Shown here piece by piece: positions 13,846 through 14,225 of a stretch of DNA of 14,225 nt. Under the pieces are notes generated by a model, which had not been told where the DNA came from, made no database searches, and saw only the letters and a program-made list of their open reading frames with translations. How positions within the stretch are numbered: position 1 is the first letter of the stretch; every line of letters starts with the position of its first letter. The stretch comes from a virus (lineage: Duplodnaviria > Heunggongvirae > Uroviricota > Caudoviricetes): the IMG/VR virus record IMGVR_UViG_2778261499_000007. One strand, 5' to 3'. A program made the translations under genes and the position numbers.

Positions 13846-14225
13846 TCAGCCTCTACCTACATTTGACCAATACTTGATTGCACCGATCAAATCATCATAG
13901 TGGCGCATTGCATCATTGAAGCCTTTATAGCTTGCCCATTGTGGTGAAACCTTGTTATTGCTGAATTGCCCACTAATCAGGATAGTCTCCAAAATGTCGG
14001 CATATCGCTTACCAATACGCTTTCTGACGGCCTCAGAGCTCCCACCCTTTACGATTGCATTAATCAGGGCTTTTGTGTGTCTCAGGCTCTCATAGAGCAT
14101 TGCAGCGTGGGCAGATTCCATAAAGGAGCGCTTAGGCAGATCACCCCACCCCTCAGAGTGGATAGCTGCCAGTGTGGCGTAATTCAGGCCGCTATAGTGC
14201 TTTCCGTCATCCCAGCCAACCGCTA
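13846..14225 (-). CDS. Hypothetical protein, C-terminal part (...MESAHAAMLYESLRHTKALINAIVKGGSSEAVRKRIGKRYADILETILISGQFSNNKVSPQWASYKGFNDAMRHYDDLIGAIKYWSNVGRG); same gene as 1-156 if circular (about 152 aa total)
   Basis: The frame is open from the window end down to the TGA at 13846-13848; the upstream portion is supplied in frame by 156->1 through the 77-bp junction. Confidence 0.5.
   Translation of the reverse strand, partial: AVGWDDGKHYSGLNYATLAAIHSEGWGDLPKRSFMESAHAAMLYESLRHTKALINAIVKGGSSEAVRKRIGKRYADILETILISGQFSNNKVSPQWASYKGFNDAMRHYDDLIGAIKYWSNVGRG
14149..14225. repeat. Terminal direct repeat, right copy (identical to 1-77)
   Basis: Same 77-mer as the window start; consistent with a circular contig written with overlap, or a direct terminal repeat. 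Confidence 0.9.

Larger units (their letters stand above)
1..14225. mobile_element. Candidate circular (or terminally redundant) phage-satellite-like replicon, unit length about 14,148 bp
   Basis: Exact 77-bp identity between 1-77 and 14149-14225 with a minus-strand ORF continuous across the junction. Carries capsid, tape-measure-like and iteron/Rep modules but no terminase, portal or integrase ORF. Confidence 0.45.

Noticed and set aside
1-14225. Integrase or recombinase gene, and a terminase or portal gene
   Set aside because: Looked for and not found: no ORF of suitable length on either strand apart from the tape-measure-like gene, and no tyrosine- or serine-recombinase-like composition in any listed ORF. 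Their absence is itself reported as a finding, not as a feature.

Overview
The window reads as one small, phage-like replicon, and its most interesting property is what it lacks. Bases 1-77 are repeated exactly at 14149-14225 and a minus-strand gene reads in frame across that junction, so the unit is about 14,148 bp and is either circular or terminally redundant. Minus strand: a capsid module (lambda gpD-like decoration protein 2590-2925, gpE-like major capsid protein 1544-2578) followed by three further ORFs. Plus strand: small hydrophobic peptides, an HTH protein and a membrane protein (3802-5103); an iteron origin (6487-6669) with two tandem paralogous Rep-like genes (7940-9258); and a block of small ORFs ending in a 700-aa tape-measure-like protein (11191-13293). 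I found no ORF resembling a terminase, portal, prohead protease or integrase. Roughly a third of the unit is ORF-free (2930-3800, 5104-7705, 13294-13845) and dense in iterons, phased repeats, perfect hairpins, SOS-box-like sites and a recurring 15-nt motif. Best reading: an uncharacterised, self-replicating, capsid-encoding satellite-like or phage-plasmid-like element that would depend on a helper phage for packaging. All calls come from reading the sequence and ORF track; no searches or folding were run.
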